Positions 36,783 through 47,566 of a DNA stretch of 64,000 bases are shown one piece after another (within the stretch, counting starts at the first letter, position 1; each line of letters starts with the position of its first letter). Below the pieces are notes generated by a model. It ran no database searches and had not been told where the DNA came from. It saw only the letters and a list, made by a program, of their open reading frames with translations. Both the position numbers and the translations under genes were made by a program. Source of the stretch: an uncultured Pseudomonadales bacterium (GTDB lineage: Bacteria > Patescibacteriota > Microgenomatia > UBA1400 > PJMF01); contig CAZYNM010000006.1 of NCBI GenBank assembly GCA_964648715.1, forward strand, positions 15,355-79,354, in the 5' to 3' direction.

Positions 36783-37454
36783 ATGTCTTCGCCTTTACAA
36801 TTCCATTTAGTGAGTGATTTAGATGGCGTGCTCGCACACAGCCAGCCTGCTATTATCGAAACTTGTAACAATCGCTGTGGTACCCAGTACCGGTATGAAG
36901 ACTGGAAGTACTACGAATTTATCAGTGATGAGGCTATGAAACATACTGGTCAGACAGCGGCAGAGGTGGCATCTTGGCTGTATTCATCCGAAGTACTGCT
37001 ACGTGCTGTTCCTTCTCCAGGTGCTGAACAAGTGGTAAAAGAGGTGATTGGCAGTGGTGGCTTAGTTTCTATTGTCACCAGTCGGTCACCTGGTCAGCGA
37101 AGAGAGACAGAAGCGTGGGTTCACTCTAGATTCTTGAACTCATTGTCTGTCAATGTTCGTCATCCAGACGAGTCACCTGAATCAGGAATTGCCTACAAAG
37201 TACGCATGGCAGAAAAAATGGGCGCAACACACTATGTAGATGATGATCCAGCAGTTATCAATTTGGTAGCTGAACGCAAAGCAGCAGGTGGTTTTCCCGT
37301 ATTACAGCAAGTATTCCTCGTAGATCATCCCTGGAACCAACTGGTTGAATTGCCCTATGCTGTAGTGCGAGTTGGTGACTGGAAGCACCAATCATATGGG
37401 TGGGAACATATCGCACAGTCTGCTCACAGGTATATAGAGGAGATGGTATACTAA
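36783..37454 (+). CDS. HAD-superfamily 5'(3')-deoxyribonucleotidase-like (NT5C-type) protein.
   Basis: N-terminal DLDGVL HAD motif I. Size ~220 aa. Confidence 0.5.
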   Translation: MSSPLQFHLVSDLDGVLAHSQPAIIETCNNRCGTQYRYEDWKYYEFISDEAMKHTGQTAAEVASWLYSSEVLLRAVPSPGAEQVVKEVIGSGGLVSIVTSRSPGQRRETEAWVHSRFLNSLSVNVRHPDESPESGIAYKVRMAEKMGATHYVDDDPAVINLVAERKAAGGFPVLQQVFLVDHPWNQLVELPYAVVRVGDWKHQSYGWEHIAQSAHRYIEEMVY

Positions 37455-37458
37455 ATCC

Positions 37459-38178
37459 ATGTCAACACTACCCGTCTCATCTCGATTGATCCGCAAAGAA
37501 CGCAACAAACTTATGCGACAGACGTTCTGGTATGTGGTCACTGCTATAATAATTGTGGGTGTGTTTTTGTTGCTGGTGCTCCCCAACTTTGCACGTATCA
37601 TGGATCTCGTGCTTAATACAGATACCACGACTACTGTCGCGAGTGATCAGCGTGAAGTAATTCAACCTCCCATCTTATCTGCACCAGTCCCAGCAACGAA
37701 TAGCGCACAGCTCCGTATTGAAGGCAATACCCTTCCTGATACAGAAGTTAAGATACTCTTCAATGGCGAACAGTTAGGTAGTGTAACTCCTTCGGCAGAA
37801 GGCATCTTTTCCTACCTGCTCACTCTCCAAGATGGCGACAATACTATTTCGGCATTTAGTGTCACGCGGGGTGGTGTGGAATCAAAAGTAAGTAAAGAAT
37901 ATACGGTATTTTATGATCGAGAACGACCACTCCTGGAAATTACAGGACCCGTTGATAAAACAACATTTAGTGCCAAAGAAAAAACAATTTCAATCACTGG
38001 CAAAACTGACAGTGACGCCAAGCTACGTATCAATGGGCGCTTTGTATACCCTAGAGCTGATGGAACTTTCTCTGCCCCATACACACTTGCCGAGGGCGAA
38101 AACAAAATAGAGGTGACTGCCCTTGATGAAGCTGGCAATGAGACCACCCAATTACTTACCTTTACGTATCATCCGTAG
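37459..38178 (+). CDS. Membrane-anchored secreted protein with Ig-like beta domains.
   Basis: N-terminal TM. Repeated beta-rich modules (ISITGKTD..., KIEVTALDEAGNET). Confidence 0.45.
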   Translation: MSTLPVSSRLIRKERNKLMRQTFWYVVTAIIIVGVFLLLVLPNFARIMDLVLNTDTTTTVASDQREVIQPPILSAPVPATNSAQLRIEGNTLPDTEVKILFNGEQLGSVTPSAEGIFSYLLTLQDGDNTISAFSVTRGGVESKVSKEYTVFYDRERPLLEITGPVDKTTFSAKEKTISITGKTDSDAKLRINGRFVYPRADGTFSAPYTLAEGENKIEVTALDEAGNETTQLLTFTYHP

Positions 38179-39313
38179 CGAGTATCCACACTAGGTACAG
38201 TAACACGAATGGCTGAAAAACTGTGTTGTTGAACTGTGCATGGACGAGTACTGCAGTAAGTGTTGTTTGTGAAAGAAGGTGGTGTCTACCTAGTTTGTTG
38301 TAATATGCAAAAAACGCCAAAGTCCACAGGACAAACCCCGGAAGACCAGTCTGAATGATGAACAACAAAATAATATTGTCTGGGAAATGTGCTGTTGTGT
38401 GAGGTAGCATGGGGTTTTCGGGAGATGTATAGCGCGTAAAAAGGCCAGTGCCCGTAATAAGAGTGTGCCACTTTATATTCCGTATGCTTAAAGCAGCTAT
38501 CTCAAGCCGCGCTTGAATGGACGTTGTCCGTAGCAGATCCACCCCTTCACCACCTGGCTTTGGAATAATCCACCAAATCGATATAAGAATGGTTAGGACA
38601 CCGATACTTGCTAACAATGCAGAGCGACTGCGCATGCGGATAGTAACTAGCACTGCCACTAGCGCTGCAAGGTAGCTAGCGCGAGAAAAAGTAAGGAGAA
38701 CCGTAGTAGCCAAAAAGAGCATGACAGGCCAGCGCTTCCATTGTTCATGCACATACTGATGCCATATGAAGATAGCAGTGAGTATGGCTAGGATGCCCGT
38801 AAAGGCAGGGTCAAAGAGTGTTCCAATTACTCGGTAGTAGTGATCATCCCATCCCTGTACCCACAAAAAACGCATGTCAGGCATCCAAATATAGAGAAGA
38901 ACTGCAAGTGCTTGGTACACCAAACCAGCCACAGCGACAAAAGGTGTCCGGACCTTGGAGGGAAGAGCTTTTACAAGGGTCCAGCCTCCCACGATGTACA
39001 TAAGCACCCGAATCGCATAGAGCAAAGGCACCAAACTGGGTTGCCGGATGCTAGTCAACACGAAACCAAGAGCTGTCCATCCAATGAGCAGCCATTGCAG
39101 TGGTGTAAAACGAACGGCTAGTGTATGCCATTCATGTCTGTGTGTAAAACCATATATACTCAACCAGACTAGCAGCAATAGATCATGAGGATAGACGGCA
39201 AGAGTGCCATTACTCATGCGCAGCAAATTCCCCAACGGGAAACTGCACAGCAAGATTGCTGCACAGATGATGGCGCTGTTACTGACGATACTGGGCTTCA
39301 TAGGCATAGGCAC
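38162..39313 (-). CDS. O-antigen-ligase (Wzy_C)-family polytopic membrane protein.
   Basis: ~10 TM helices with a TFSRASYLA motif resembling the O-antigen ligase signature. Confidence 0.5.
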   Translation of the reverse strand: MPMPMKPSIVSNSAIICAAILLCSFPLGNLLRMSNGTLAVYPHDLLLLVWLSIYGFTHRHEWHTLAVRFTPLQWLLIGWTALGFVLTSIRQPSLVPLLYAIRVLMYIVGGWTLVKALPSKVRTPFVAVAGLVYQALAVLLYIWMPDMRFLWVQGWDDHYYRVIGTLFDPAFTGILAILTAIFIWHQYVHEQWKRWPVMLFLATTVLLTFSRASYLAALVAVLVTIRMRSRSALLASIGVLTILISIWWIIPKPGGEGVDLLRTTSIQARLEIAALSIRNIKWHTLITGTGLFTRYTSPENPMLPHTTAHFPDNIILLFIIQTGLPGFVLWTLAFFAYYNKLGRHHLLSQTTLTAVLVHAQFNNTVFQPFVLLYLVWILATDDT

Positions 39314-40031
39314 GAACCAGGAGTGAATGCAGACTCATACAAGCGGCGTACACTATACCACGCCATCCATCAAAAAACCCACCTTGCACAAAAACACCAT
39401 AGAAAAATTTACCAACTGGAAAACATATGAGCTCAAATATGAGCTGCTTTTGTGGAGTTCTTTTCTGTAGACCAATCATTTGAGCATACGTGGAAATAGT
39501 ATCTATAAACTCGCTAATAGAAGTGTGAGAATAGTGATATAGCTGTATGGTAGATTGATATACTTTACCTCTCACCACTGCACGTTCATGAATTGAGTGC
39601 TCAAAATGACAAAAGTGTTTGTTGCATAGTCGGATAACTGGCTGTTTTCCGGCCTCACCATATTGCAGCTCTACGCCATAGAAGATGTCGCTGCGTATTA
39701 CACTCACAGCATGTGCCGTAGGCGCATCAAGAAAGCGTTCCAGCTCTCGGTGTGAGCTAAGCGACATTACTTCATCACTATCAAGAAAAAGTACCCAATC
39801 GTTTTTAGCCTGTGCTAGTGCATCGTTGCGTACTGCAGCGAAATCTGTAATAGGCTCAGAGATGGAGTGTACCACGAGGTGAGCAACATCCTTGAAGGCA
39901 GACCAATCGATGCCGCTCCCATTATCAATAATTAAAATTTCACTTGCTGCGTAGGCTGATTCAAGTGCTTTGCGCATACGCTCATCTGCTCTATTGGTGA
40001 GAATGCAAAGGGTGAATGGTAGTTTTTTCAT
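39279..40031 (-). CDS. Family-2 glycosyltransferase.
   Basis: GT-A fold with DxD (LDSDEV). ~250 aa. Confidence 0.7.
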   Translation of the reverse strand: MKKLPFTLCILTNRADERMRKALESAYAASEILIIDNGSGIDWSAFKDVAHLVVHSISEPITDFAAVRNDALAQAKNDWVLFLDSDEVMSLSSHRELERFLDAPTAHAVSVIRSDIFYGVELQYGEAGKQPVIRLCNKHFCHFEHSIHERAVVRGKVYQSTIQLYHYSHTSISEFIDTISTYAQMIGLQKRTPQKQLIFELICFPVGKFFYGVFVQGGFFDGWRGIVYAACMSLHSLLVRAYAYEAQYRQ

Positions 40032-41302
40032 TTTTGTGCCACCTTATATGCCATAAAGAGAGCTGGAGGCAGTAAGACTAGCCGGCTCACAAGTAGTGCC
40101 GCTCCTATACCTAGTACACCATATTTGGGAGCTAAAATCCATGAGAGCACTGTGAAGAGCAGCAACACACAGATACGATGTATGTTCATGGAGAAGTAGG
40201 CTTTTTTGGCGATGCAGACAGTATATGTTGTTGTGAATAGACCATGCATAATACCGGCCACAGCCAGCCATGGAACAAGACTAGCCAGGTAAACCCATTG
40301 GGGTCCGTACACAATGCGTACCACTAGTGATGGAAAAATAATAAAGGGAAGACTCAGTATGCTGAGCAAGGCAGCTAGCGAAATCAATGACTTGAGATAT
40401 GCGCGTTTTAAACGATCTTTTTCTGAAGCAACTTTGGCAAAAACAGGCAGCGAGCTATGACTGAAAGCATAGGCAATATTGTAGGTAAATTTGTGACTCA
40501 GTGCGTATGCATTTTGATAGCCACCAAGGACTGAAACTCCTAGTAATTTACCAACAATCACATTATCAAGATTATCGGCTAAGTAGCTCAAGATAGCACC
40601 TATACTGAGTCCAGTAGCGTTGTTTAGGATATCTTTTCCCTTGGAAGCTGTATAGACAAACCGTGGATGAGGTCTACACACCATCCATGACAGAATTACT
40701 TCAACGCAAGCTGCTACCAGCATCCCAGCGACAAATGCCCAGACGCTTGGAGTATAAAATAGAACGATTGCAACTGTCACCATAGCTTCTACGAGCAAGT
40801 TCGTAAGTTTGTAGAAGCTGTCAGCTCGAAAATTGAGATTCTTTTGAAACTGGACGATGGATGGATTAATGAATCCCTTTATAAGTGGCACGAATGCAGC
40901 TGCGACACCAAGAACCTGCAAACTTGGTTCATGATACAGCAAACTAAAAAGAAGCCCCAACACTGCGACCAATGCTGCAATAAGTGCGCCTCTTATAATG
41001 GCAATAACCCAAGCTGTATCAACATAATAACTCACCGGTCGCTGTGATTGGATAAATGTCACGTTGACACCTGTCTGGGTAAAAGACTCTGTTATGCCAA
41101 TGGCAATAATAATAAGGGATGCAAGACCAAAGTCGTGCGGCACCAGAAAACGAGCAAGAATTGCAAGTTTTGCTGCAGTAATTAACCCAGATCCTAATTG
41201 ATGCAGAGAACTCCAACCAAAACCAAACACTGCTGATCGCGTGTATCCCATGTCTCCCATTATGTCCATTTCCTGCTTGAAACTCCAGCAGAGAAACTCC
41301 AT
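40028..41302 (-). CDS. Wzx-like oligosaccharide flippase (MOP superfamily).
   Basis: ~12 TM helices. Genomic context with GT2 and ligase-like genes. Confidence 0.6.
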   Translation of the reverse strand: MEFLCWSFKQEMDIMGDMGYTRSAVFGFGWSSLHQLGSGLITAAKLAILARFLVPHDFGLASLIIIAIGITESFTQTGVNVTFIQSQRPVSYYVDTAWVIAIIRGALIAALVAVLGLLFSLLYHEPSLQVLGVAAAFVPLIKGFINPSIVQFQKNLNFRADSFYKLTNLLVEAMVTVAIVLFYTPSVWAFVAGMLVAACVEVILSWMVCRPHPRFVYTASKGKDILNNATGLSIGAILSYLADNLDNVIVGKLLGVSVLGGYQNAYALSHKFTYNIAYAFSHSSLPVFAKVASEKDRLKRAYLKSLISLAALLSILSLPFIIFPSLVVRIVYGPQWVYLASLVPWLAVAGIMHGLFTTTYTVCIAKKAYFSMNIHRICVLLLFTVLSWILAPKYGVLGIGAALLVSRLVLLPPALFMAYKVAQK

Positions 41303-41314
41303 ACTACGTGAGCT

Positions 41315-41896
41315 ATGAACGTCTTTAGTTTTATAAGTTCAATGTTTCTTGATCTTATTGAAACATTTGTGATTGGGTTATCTATTTTTCTGGTGGTCTA
41401 TCTCTTCTTGTTGCAACCACATCAAGTGAGTGGTCAGTCTATGGAACCCAACTTTCAAACAGCTGACTATGTGCTTACTGACAAGGTAAGTTATCGCATT
41501 GGCGTTCCTCAACGTGGAGATGTGGTAGTGTTCCATGCGCCAGCTCGGGCAAATTGTCCTTCTGGAACGGGATGCGATTACATTAAAAGGGTTATTGGCT
41601 TACCGGGAGAAACAGTTGAAGTTAAAGATACTGATGGCATCTACATTAACAGTAAAAAACTTATTGAACCATATATTCCAGCTGATTATGTTACCCTTGC
41701 TGGTCAATATACTCGTGGTCAGATTATTACGCTGAGTCAGAATGAATACTTCGTAGTTGGAGATAATAGAATGCACTCAAGCGACTCTCGTGCTTGGGGT
41801 CCTATTACTAAATCTGAGATTGTGGGGAAAGCCTTTTTCCGCTATTGGCCACTCACCAAGACTCACATAGTGCCGTCAGTCAAGTATTCGCTGTAA
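41315..41896 (+). CDS. lepB: Signal peptidase I.
   Basis: Catalytic GQSMEPN (SMxP) motif and GDNRMHSSDSRAWG box. Confidence 0.85.
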   Translation: MNVFSFISSMFLDLIETFVIGLSIFLVVYLFLLQPHQVSGQSMEPNFQTADYVLTDKVSYRIGVPQRGDVVVFHAPARANCPSGTGCDYIKRVIGLPGETVEVKDTDGIYINSKKLIEPYIPADYVTLAGQYTRGQIITLSQNEYFVVGDNRMHSSDSRAWGPITKSEIVGKAFFRYWPLTKTHIVPSVKYSL

Positions 41897-41900
41897 AGTG

Positions 41901-42767
41901 TTAACTTTTTTGTATAGTTTCTGAGAATGCCATGAGTTTTTCGAGATCTTTTTGTGTTTCTTCTGGATCACCAACCAAGGTGATTACTAGTCGTGTCTGT
42001 TTTTGCGAACGGGTGAGGTCAACCTTTGATTGACTTTTTAAGAGATCTTTAAGACGTGCCTCCCACATCTTGACTCGCATATCAGTAACACGTGTGGTGG
42101 TTGGTCTAAGACGTTGCAGTGGAGAGGTTGAGTGCTGCTGGCGATAGTTGCGAGCCATTTCCTCTGCTCTACGGACTGATGCACTTTCTTTGAGTATCTG
42201 CTTGTACAGTTCAATCATAATGTGAGGCTCTTCAATGCCCGCTATGGCTTTTGCGTGCCCCTCTGTGATGAGCCCACCAGATAGACCATCTTTGATGGCA
42301 TCAGGGAGCTGGAGAAGCTTCATACAGTTGCTCACGTAACCAGGTGATTTGCTTACTCGTTCTGCAACTTGGTTTACACTGTAGCCAAAATCACGCATCA
42401 GTTGTTGAAACGCAGCCGCGCGCTCCAGAGGGCCCAGGTCTGTTCGCTGAACATTTTCAATAATAGCGAGTTCAAGCATCTCTCTGGGGGTAACCTTTTT
42501 GATCACAACGGGAACTTCGGTGAGTCCTGCTAGTTGTGCAGCCCTCCAGCGGCGTTCTCCTGCAATGATCTGAAAACCCGCTGGTGTTTCTGCTATAACC
42601 AGTGGTTCTAAGATGCCGTAGCGCTTAATGCTTTCCGCAAGTTCTTCAACGTCTTCCTTTTTAATTTTATCGCGTGGCTGGAACGGATTTGGTTGTAAGA
42701 GTTCTATCTGGAGATGGCGGAGATTGGAGTCTGTCATACGTACTGTAAAGATATACCAGAGCAAGGT
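41901..42767 (-). CDS. parB: ParB/Spo0J partition protein.
   Basis: ParB box IIAGERRWRAA and HTH region. The likely start MTDSNL is internal to the ORF-track call. Confidence 0.75.
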   Translation of the reverse strand, partial: TLLWYIFTVRMTDSNLRHLQIELLQPNPFQPRDKIKKEDVEELAESIKRYGILEPLVIAETPAGFQIIAGERRWRAAQLAGLTEVPVVIKKVTPREMLELAIIENVQRTDLGPLERAAAFQQLMRDFGYSVNQVAERVSKSPGYVSNCMKLLQLPDAIKDGLSGGLITEGHAKAIAGIEEPHIMIELYKQILKESASVRRAEEMARNYRQQHSTSPLQRLRPTTTRVTDMRVKMWEARLKDLLKSQSKVDLTRSQKQTRLVITLVGDPEETQKDLEKLMAFSETIQKS

Positions 42768-42807
42768 AGTTTTTCTAGTGGCAGAATGCCGACTGTGAGC
42801 TAAAAAC

Positions 42808-44361
42808 GTGTATACTGAGTGCATGCACTCTATCTTCAAGTACTGGGAGAAACATCGAGCTATTCTTGTGCTTGTAGCTGTGTTTTTGGTAACACGCCTC
42901 ATTGCAGTCACACTGCTGCCTCCGTTCAATGATGAGTCAGTGCATATAGATTGGGGCTATAAAGAGTTACATGGCAAAGGGCTTTTTTTCTCATTGTATG
43001 ATGCCAAGCAACCGCTGCTCATGTGGTTGTTTGGTCTCAGTCAGTCTATTTTTACTGATCCACTTTTTGCAGGACGACTGGTAAGTGTCTTATTTGGCGT
43101 AGCAACACTGCTGGGGCTCTATGAGCTTGGATCAAAGGTACTTTCTCCCAAAGGAGGCTGGTATGCTGCTACCATATACATGGTTACTCCTCTTTTTTTC
43201 TTTTTTGATCGTCAGGCACTTATGGAGGGACCATTGGCCGCGTGTGCGGTGTGGATCATCAACTTGTACCTGCGGCTTCACAAACAACAGAGGATGTCTA
43301 CTGCGGTCATACTTGGATGTGTGCTAGGTGGTGCTTTTTTTATTAAAACAACTGCGGTATTTTTTCTTGTTGCCCTACTTGCTGTGTATGCTGCTGAGAA
43401 GTGGGTGTTTAAAGTTGCACATGGAGCCCCCTTTCCAGCTCTTCTTATTCTAGCTGGCACAGTAAGTCAGCTGGTTGTCATGCCACTGTACTTTCAACCT
43501 CTGTTTTGGCAGACACTTGGACGAACCGCGGAACGCTCGTTGAGCTTTCGGGAAGTACTGGCCTTTCCCATTGGTCAATGGACAACAACTGCCCTATCTG
43601 TGAGTGCCATTGCGTGGTGGCACTATACTCCTGTGCTTATCATATTGGGTTGTATCGGTATTTTTGCGCTCAGCAAGAACCACGTGAGCTCATTAAAGGC
43701 AATACGCTCAACTGGGGTGTATGCGGGTATGCTTGTCTTGCTCTATGTCCTCTCTGCTCGCTCTACTCCAGTCCGGTATGTTGTACCTATTATTTGGTGG
43801 TGGCCATTGTGCGTTGCTGCTGGTTTCATTTTGCTCGAACACTGGCGTTGGTTATGGCGGCTTGCCACTATCTCTATGTGTATCCCCTTGGCTTTGATAG
43901 CATTGTTACTCTACGATCCACCAAGTTATTTTATGACTCTAGCCCGTTTTACTGCATATGCCCAAAAAGATGAGTACCTCACGCAATGGCCAGCTGGATA
44001 TGGAACTCGAGAAGCCTTGGAGATAGTTCGCGCAGAACTCAAGGGCGTGCATGGTGTCGTAGCTGTTCGTGCCGATGCTGGCAATCCAGAAAGTACCATG
44101 TTTATGTACCTCAATGCTAATAAACAGATTCAGCCACTCTTTCTGGATACTACAGTAGCCCCTCTGCTTGCCAACTATCAGTGTGTTGCCACGTCACGAC
44201 CATTGTTTTTTGTGAGTCGTGACTCTCAACTAGGGGGATTAGAGCAATTTATGATAGAAAAGGTGCGCATACAAAAGCCAGAAAATAAAAGCTCCGTGGG
44301 TATATATACCCTTAAGCCATGCCTGGTTACACAAAAAGTGTTAACACTAGATTTTGAATAG
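42808..44361 (+). CDS. GT-C-fold ArnT/PMT-like membrane glycosyltransferase.
   Basis: More than 10 TM helices. N-terminal region resembles 4-amino-arabinose/mannosyl-transferase-type GT83/GT39 proteins. Confidence 0.5.
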   Translation: MYTECMHSIFKYWEKHRAILVLVAVFLVTRLIAVTLLPPFNDESVHIDWGYKELHGKGLFFSLYDAKQPLLMWLFGLSQSIFTDPLFAGRLVSVLFGVATLLGLYELGSKVLSPKGGWYAATIYMVTPLFFFFDRQALMEGPLAACAVWIINLYLRLHKQQRMSTAVILGCVLGGAFFIKTTAVFFLVALLAVYAAEKWVFKVAHGAPFPALLILAGTVSQLVVMPLYFQPLFWQTLGRTAERSLSFREVLAFPIGQWTTTALSVSAIAWWHYTPVLIILGCIGIFALSKNHVSSLKAIRSTGVYAGMLVLLYVLSARSTPVRYVVPIIWWWPLCVAAGFILLEHWRWLWRLATISMCIPLALIALLLYDPPSYFMTLARFTAYAQKDEYLTQWPAGYGTREALEIVRAELKGVHGVVAVRADAGNPESTMFMYLNANKQIQPLFLDTTVAPLLANYQCVATSRPLFFVSRDSQLGGLEQFMIEKVRIQKPENKSSVGIYTLKPCLVTQKVLTLDFE

Positions 44362-44367
44362 GAAAAG

Positions 44368-44625
44368 TTATTGAGCGATAACGTTGACCACAGTTTTGCC
44401 GAAACGCTTGCCATAGGCAACAATACCAGCTGCCATAGAAAAGATGGTGTGATCTTTGCCCATACCAACATTTTTGCCAGCTTTGTACTTGGCACCACGT
44501 TGGCGAACGATAATCATACCAGTGTGAACTGCTTCACCACCAAATTTTTTAAGTCCGAGACTTTTACTCTTGCGCTTACCTTGTTTGTGTTGTCTAACTG
44601 AGCCTGATGCTTTGACGTGTGACAT
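44368..44625 (-). CDS. rpmA: 50S ribosomal protein L27.
   Basis: L27 signature (GGEAVHTGMIIVRQRGAKYKAGKNVGMGKDHTIFS). Confidence 0.9.
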   Translation of the reverse strand: MSHVKASGSVRQHKQGKRKSKSLGLKKFGGEAVHTGMIIVRQRGAKYKAGKNVGMGKDHTIFSMAAGIVAYGKRFGKTVVNVIAQ

Positions 44626-44628
44626 ACC

Positions 44629-45792
44629 TTATTTTTCTGTTGTATACGTAAACTGATATATTTCGCGTGAAATCACTGCTTGTGGGCGATGATACACAAC
44701 GGTTTCAGAAGTTGTAGTGTACCCAATTTCCGCCAACTTGTCAATTAACTTGTGCAAGTGTACGTCTGGATATCCTGGAGTGTGTGATTTTTGAATACAG
44801 GGGAAAATACATACTACTCGAGCTCCAGGAACTAGCATGCTGCGCCAGTGTTTAAATGCACCCATGTACATTTTTTCTAGTCCTTTGAAAATACCCGACA
44901 GTTGGTCTGGCTGAGGTGTTTGTTTTCCCAAAAATGGCTCGGTAACCAGGTAGGTGATCTTTTCTCGAATAGGGAGAACTGCTCTAGAAACATCAGATTG
45001 GAAAACATGTGCGGGTATAGCTAAGTCCAACTCTTGTTTGAACCAGTCCGTGTTTTGACGAGCGCCTGCAACACTTTCTCCGTCCATATCAGAACCAATC
45101 ACTGATATACCACTTTCAAGTGCTTCAATAAGTATTGTGCCTGTGCCACAGAACGGATCATACAGGTAGGCTCCCTCCTGTGGTGCTCCACCTGTAGCAA
45201 GATTGACCATAATGCGAGCTAATTTGGGAGGTAGCATGCCTTTCTTGCGATTGGCGAAGGGTTTACTGCGATCTTTAAACGTCCATGTATCAATATTTTG
45301 TACTGCAATAGTGCGAGTGAGGTAGATACCAGCAGATGTTTGTATAACTGCGTACTCTAAAACTTTCTTATGCGAAAGAACCGCACTGGAAAGTCCATGG
45401 CGTGAGCCTTCTACATACCGCACCTTGAGACCAGAAGCGATAAGCTCATTTTTAACAGTAGCAAGTTCCAAGGCAGGAAGATGGTCCCTGCCTAGTTCTG
45501 CTAGTGCGAAAGTAACTTTGTTGGTTTTGTCTCGTGCACATTCATCAAGAATCGTGTCGTGAAGCTCTGTGACAAATGATGCTGGCTGATTGGTATACTT
45601 TTTTAAAACAGTAAAGATTTTGACAGTTCCACCCAATGCATCTATGGTTGATGAAGTCAGAACTTGATCCGTGACCATCTTGAGAATGGTCTCATGTTCT
45701 TGAATAAGATCAGCCTGAGAAAAAACAGCTCTAATCTCTGCGACAGAAAGTGCTGGTGTGTTACCAAGAAGGAAAAGATACTCGTTTGTCAT
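44629..45792 (-). CDS. THUMP-type class-I SAM-dependent RNA methyltransferase (RlmL/Trm11-like).
   Basis: SAM motif I LYDPFCGTGTILIEA and motif IV-like region. N-terminal THUMP-like domain. Confidence 0.5.
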   Translation of the reverse strand: MTNEYLFLLGNTPALSVAEIRAVFSQADLIQEHETILKMVTDQVLTSSTIDALGGTVKIFTVLKKYTNQPASFVTELHDTILDECARDKTNKVTFALAELGRDHLPALELATVKNELIASGLKVRYVEGSRHGLSSAVLSHKKVLEYAVIQTSAGIYLTRTIAVQNIDTWTFKDRSKPFANRKKGMLPPKLARIMVNLATGGAPQEGAYLYDPFCGTGTILIEALESGISVIGSDMDGESVAGARQNTDWFKQELDLAIPAHVFQSDVSRAVLPIREKITYLVTEPFLGKQTPQPDQLSGIFKGLEKMYMGAFKHWRSMLVPGARVVCIFPCIQKSHTPGYPDVHLHKLIDKLAEIGYTTTSETVVYHRPQAVISREIYQFTYTTEK

Positions 45793-45812
45793 GTGCGCTG
45801 ACAGCGTACACG

Positions 45813-46127
45813 TTATGCTTTAATAGCAGTAACCGTCACCTCTGTCTGGTGTTGTCTGTGACCGTGTGTTTTGCGGTAGCGTGACTTTGATTTGTACTTG
45901 AAAACTCTGATTTTTTCACCTTTAAAATGGCGTTCAACTTTGAGCGTTACGGAAGCACCAGCAACAGTGGGGGTACCTACTTTAGTTGTGCTATCATCAG
46001 CAACGAGTAAAACATCAGAAACGACGAGGTCTGTACCTTCTTCTGTGTCCAAGCGATCAATGATCAGCTTCTCATCTGCTGCTACTTTGTATTGTTTCCC
46101 TTGTAGTTGAATGATTGCGTATGACAT
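45813..46127 (-). CDS. rplU: 50S ribosomal protein L21.
   Basis: MSYAIIQLQGKQYKV L21 N-terminus. Confidence 0.9.
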   Translation of the reverse strand: MSYAIIQLQGKQYKVAADEKLIIDRLDTEEGTDLVVSDVLLVADDSTTKVGTPTVAGASVTLKVERHFKGEKIRVFKYKSKSRYRKTHGHRQHQTEVTVTAIKA

Positions 46128-46219
46128 AACGAATCGTAATTATACCATTATTTTTTGAGATGTGCAGGGTTACTTTTTGTAGGGTATGCAGAAGCAGGAC
46201 TACTCCACTCATGCAGCCT

Positions 46220-47275
46220 TTAATGAATATAGACTCCTACCTTTCTGTCTGAAGTTCGTACAAGCTGTTGGACAACACCAAGTGTAGCAGCAAGAGCCAG
46301 CACAGAGCTCCCGCCATAGGACATAAATGGCAAGGTGACTCCCGTGATGGGAAGCAAGCCAAGATTCATGTGGATATTAATACTGGCCTGAATCAAGAAA
46401 ACAAGAGCAGTAGTATGGATAAATAATTTGCCAGCTACTGTTGGTACATATGCTGCTATGTACCATAAAAACAAAAGGAGTGCGGCATAACTCCCTATGA
46501 GTACACTGGCGCCCACAAATCCAAACTCTTCGGCGTACGAAGCAAACACAAAATCTGTCTGACGTTCTGGTAAAAACCGTAAGTGAGACTGAACGCCTTT
46601 GCCTACTCCTCTACCCAATAGCTGGCCAGAACCTACCGCTATCAAAGCTTGGTGCGTATTGTAATTTTCTTCTCTCTTACCCTCCATAAAGGTAAGCAAG
46701 CGGGTCTTTTGATATGGCTCCAAAAGAAAGAGCCATGCTCCAACTGCCACCAGCACAGCTGCACCTGCAAATGGCAGTAGCCTATACCATTTAATTCGCA
46801 CAAAAAGTAGCGGGCTCAAAACTCCTACTGCTACTAGTGCCGCACTCCCTAAATCGGGAGCAGCAAAGACCAATCCAATGGGAACGCTGGCCAGGAGTAA
46901 GATTTTTGTGAGTACTTTTATGGTGATCTCCGCGGAGCTTGTAAGAGAAATGATAATTACCAGCACACTGAGGAGTGCCGCAGTTTGTGATGGTTGATAG
47001 GTTAGTGGGCCAAGCTCAATCCAGCGGTGGGTATTCCGCGTGGAGGCAAATGCGAATAAAGGCAGCAACAAAAGAAGTATATTACCTATATACAACACCC
47101 AACGTAGTCTCAGCAGTAAACTGAACTGAATACGCGATAACCCAATGAGCAGCCCTCCACCAATAACAAAAGAGATAAGTTGTTTTTGTGCTAGGCTAGG
47201 GGCTACGCTACTCAGCGTCAGGCAACTAAGTACGCCAAAAAAACAGTACAGTGCAGGCAAAAACCAATACCGCAT
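46220..47275 (-). CDS. SEDS-family peptidoglycan glycosyltransferase (RodA/FtsW-type).
   Basis: 10 TM helices. C-terminal LPFMSYGGSSVLA motif. Confidence 0.8.
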   Translation of the reverse strand: MRYWFLPALYCFFGVLSCLTLSSVAPSLAQKQLISFVIGGGLLIGLSRIQFSLLLRLRWVLYIGNILLLLLPLFAFASTRNTHRWIELGPLTYQPSQTAALLSVLVIIISLTSSAEITIKVLTKILLLASVPIGLVFAAPDLGSAALVAVGVLSPLLFVRIKWYRLLPFAGAAVLVAVGAWLFLLEPYQKTRLLTFMEGKREENYNTHQALIAVGSGQLLGRGVGKGVQSHLRFLPERQTDFVFASYAEEFGFVGASVLIGSYAALLLFLWYIAAYVPTVAGKLFIHTTALVFLIQASINIHMNLGLLPITGVTLPFMSYGGSSVLALAATLGVVQQLVRTSDRKVGVYIH

Positions 47276-47566
47276 ATAGCACTAACCGTACACTACAAGC
47301 ACGAGCTTGTCACTATGCTTGCCGCAATAGGAAGGTATCTTAACGTGCTTGGTACATGAGCCCCAGATAGAATGCCAGTATGGGCAATGCAATGAAAAGG
47401 AGCATTGCTAGTCCTTTACTGAGTGGTGTCACCGTAAACAGCGCTTTGTGAAGTGTTTTATTTTTCATAATACATTCACTATAGCAAACTTTTAAACTCA
47501 TTATCTAGTGAGCAAAAATGAGCAATGGTATCAGCTTGTAGCTGATGCTGCGATAATTCTGTACAA

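Noticed and set aside
41901-42929. N-terminal 54-aa extension of the parB ORF.
   Set aside because: The ParB-conserved region starts at MTDSNL. The extension overlaps the start of the divergent ArnT-like gene.
47340-47468. Unlisted 42-aa minus-strand ORF (MKNKTLHKALFTVTPLSKGLAMLLFIALPILAFYLGLMYQAR) upstream of the SEDS gene.
   Set aside because: It is a plausible small membrane protein, but it is below reliable calling length and no conservation check is possible here.
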